Positions 63,005-64,000 of a stretch of 64,000 bases of DNA are shown one piece after another (position 1 is the first letter of the stretch; every line of letters starts with the position of its first letter). A program made the translations under genes and the position numbers. The stretch lies in assembly GCA_011109175.1 (NCBI GenBank), contig RDEW01000017.1, forward strand, positions 813,855 through 877,854, read 5' to 3'. The DNA is from Dicyema japonicum. Its lineage: Eukaryota; Animalia; Dicyemida. The notes under the pieces are model-generated. The model searched no databases. It was not told the origin of the DNA and was given only the letters and a program-made list of their open reading frames with translations.

Positions 63005-64000
63005 TCCTCTTTGGGCATTGACCCTCACTGTTCCCATCGAATGCCACTTGAGAAAGCAAATTACTAGACAAGACATCTGTTTCTCTTGGTTCCTCTTCGA
63101 CGTTACTTCCGAGTTCAGAGCCTCTTGAGATAGGATGATTTGTCACTCTTGTAACCTCATCATCATAGTTATCAACTTTCAGGCCATGTCTATGCTATAT
63201 TATCATGCTCTCTAAAGTTTTTTTGATCGTCGTTGATTAAATATACGCCCTTGTAGAGACATCCACGTTGAGTCTTTTCATATAGGACTTGTAGTACTTT
63301 GTTACTACTCAATCCCATGTCAAAACAATCGGAATTATTGTCACATTGGCCTTGTGAATTTGTGCTAGTTCTTTTGCAAGAAGGTCGTATTTGTAGAGTT
63401 TTTCCACTTCAACATGTTTTAGCAAATCTTGGGAAGTGATCCCTATTTCGTTTTTGGATTTATCGTGTACGAAAATATCAGGTTTGTTATTTTTAACTTG
63501 TATATCCGTTTGTAGTGTTGTATCGACTCGTATTTCAACTTTACTGTTTGACATAATCGATTGGACTGTATGCGTCTTTACCCTCTTGGTTCTTTTTATT
63601 CCAAATTGCCGACATGGTTGCAGGTGTATACATCTTACAACTTCGTTATGTCGCCGCATATACCGGTAAGCATCCTAGTACATCGTGTAGCCAAGTGATC
63701 CACACTCTTTTTGGCCATACCAATTTGCTTTCATCTCTTCAAAGAACAGATTCCAATTTTGTATCATGCAGTACATTGCTTCCGACCTTGGACTAGTGTT
63801 TCCCCAGTAAGCCATTCTGTTGATCCATTGATATCGACATTCGTATTTTCAAAACACCTAAATATAATTGAATGAAGCAATTTCTGATTATTCTTCTCCA
63901 GATAATTCTTCTTTTATGTTATTCCTTTATATTGTCAGTGTTCAAGTTAGAAATGTCATCCACATTGTATTTGGGTGCAATAAATCTTGCGATAGTGGTC
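63005..64000 (-). mobile_element. R4-like RLE-type LINE 3' part; continues past the window end and is split just before its stop codon by the RTE
   Basis: RRHNEVVRCIHL, NNKPDIFVHDK, EIGITSQD, EKLYKYDLLAKEL, PIVLTWD; rejoining across the TSD gives RRRIQLT-stop. Confidence 0.87.

Noticed and set aside
131-63796. Alternative genetic code to explain the many stops and short ORFs
   Set aside because: Standard-code splicing gives intact conserved proteins; the remaining breaks lie in decayed TEs or homopolymers.

Overview
Eukaryotic, AT-rich animal DNA, not prokaryotic; the ORF track fragments every host gene because introns are only about 20-30 nt. Manual splicing recovers Claspin (58-1686+), SF3A1 (5901+, running into a 909-N gap), an unidentified helical-repeat protein (~10430-14135-), RIOK1 (17237-18854-), endophilin-B (33019-33996-), a secreted-looking Cys-repeat protein (45159-46796+), WNK kinase (50756-53453-) and a mollusc-type myosin essential light chain (57053-57615+). 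A spiralian light chain plus GT-AG micro-introns suggests a dicyemid mesozoan (inference). Most of the rest is transposable elements: CRE, R4-like, RTE and Ingi/Vingi-like LINEs, a tRNA-headed SINE, and MULE, hAT, pogo, Tc1 and Ginger DNA elements. Highlights: (1) a Vingi-like family with an HDV-like ribozyme fold at its 5' end (4 copies, covarying stems) followed by a 2A peptide, the trypanosome L1Tc/ingi architecture, plus a short bipartite derivative; (2) an RTE with a twin-priming 5' inversion inside a perfect 15-bp TSD; (3) an actin-CRE-Vingi chimera; (4) an intact MULE with a 28-nt intron; (5) a SINE sharing the RTE 3' tail. Splice models and RNA folds were derived by eye; no searches were run, and many TE boundaries are approximate.
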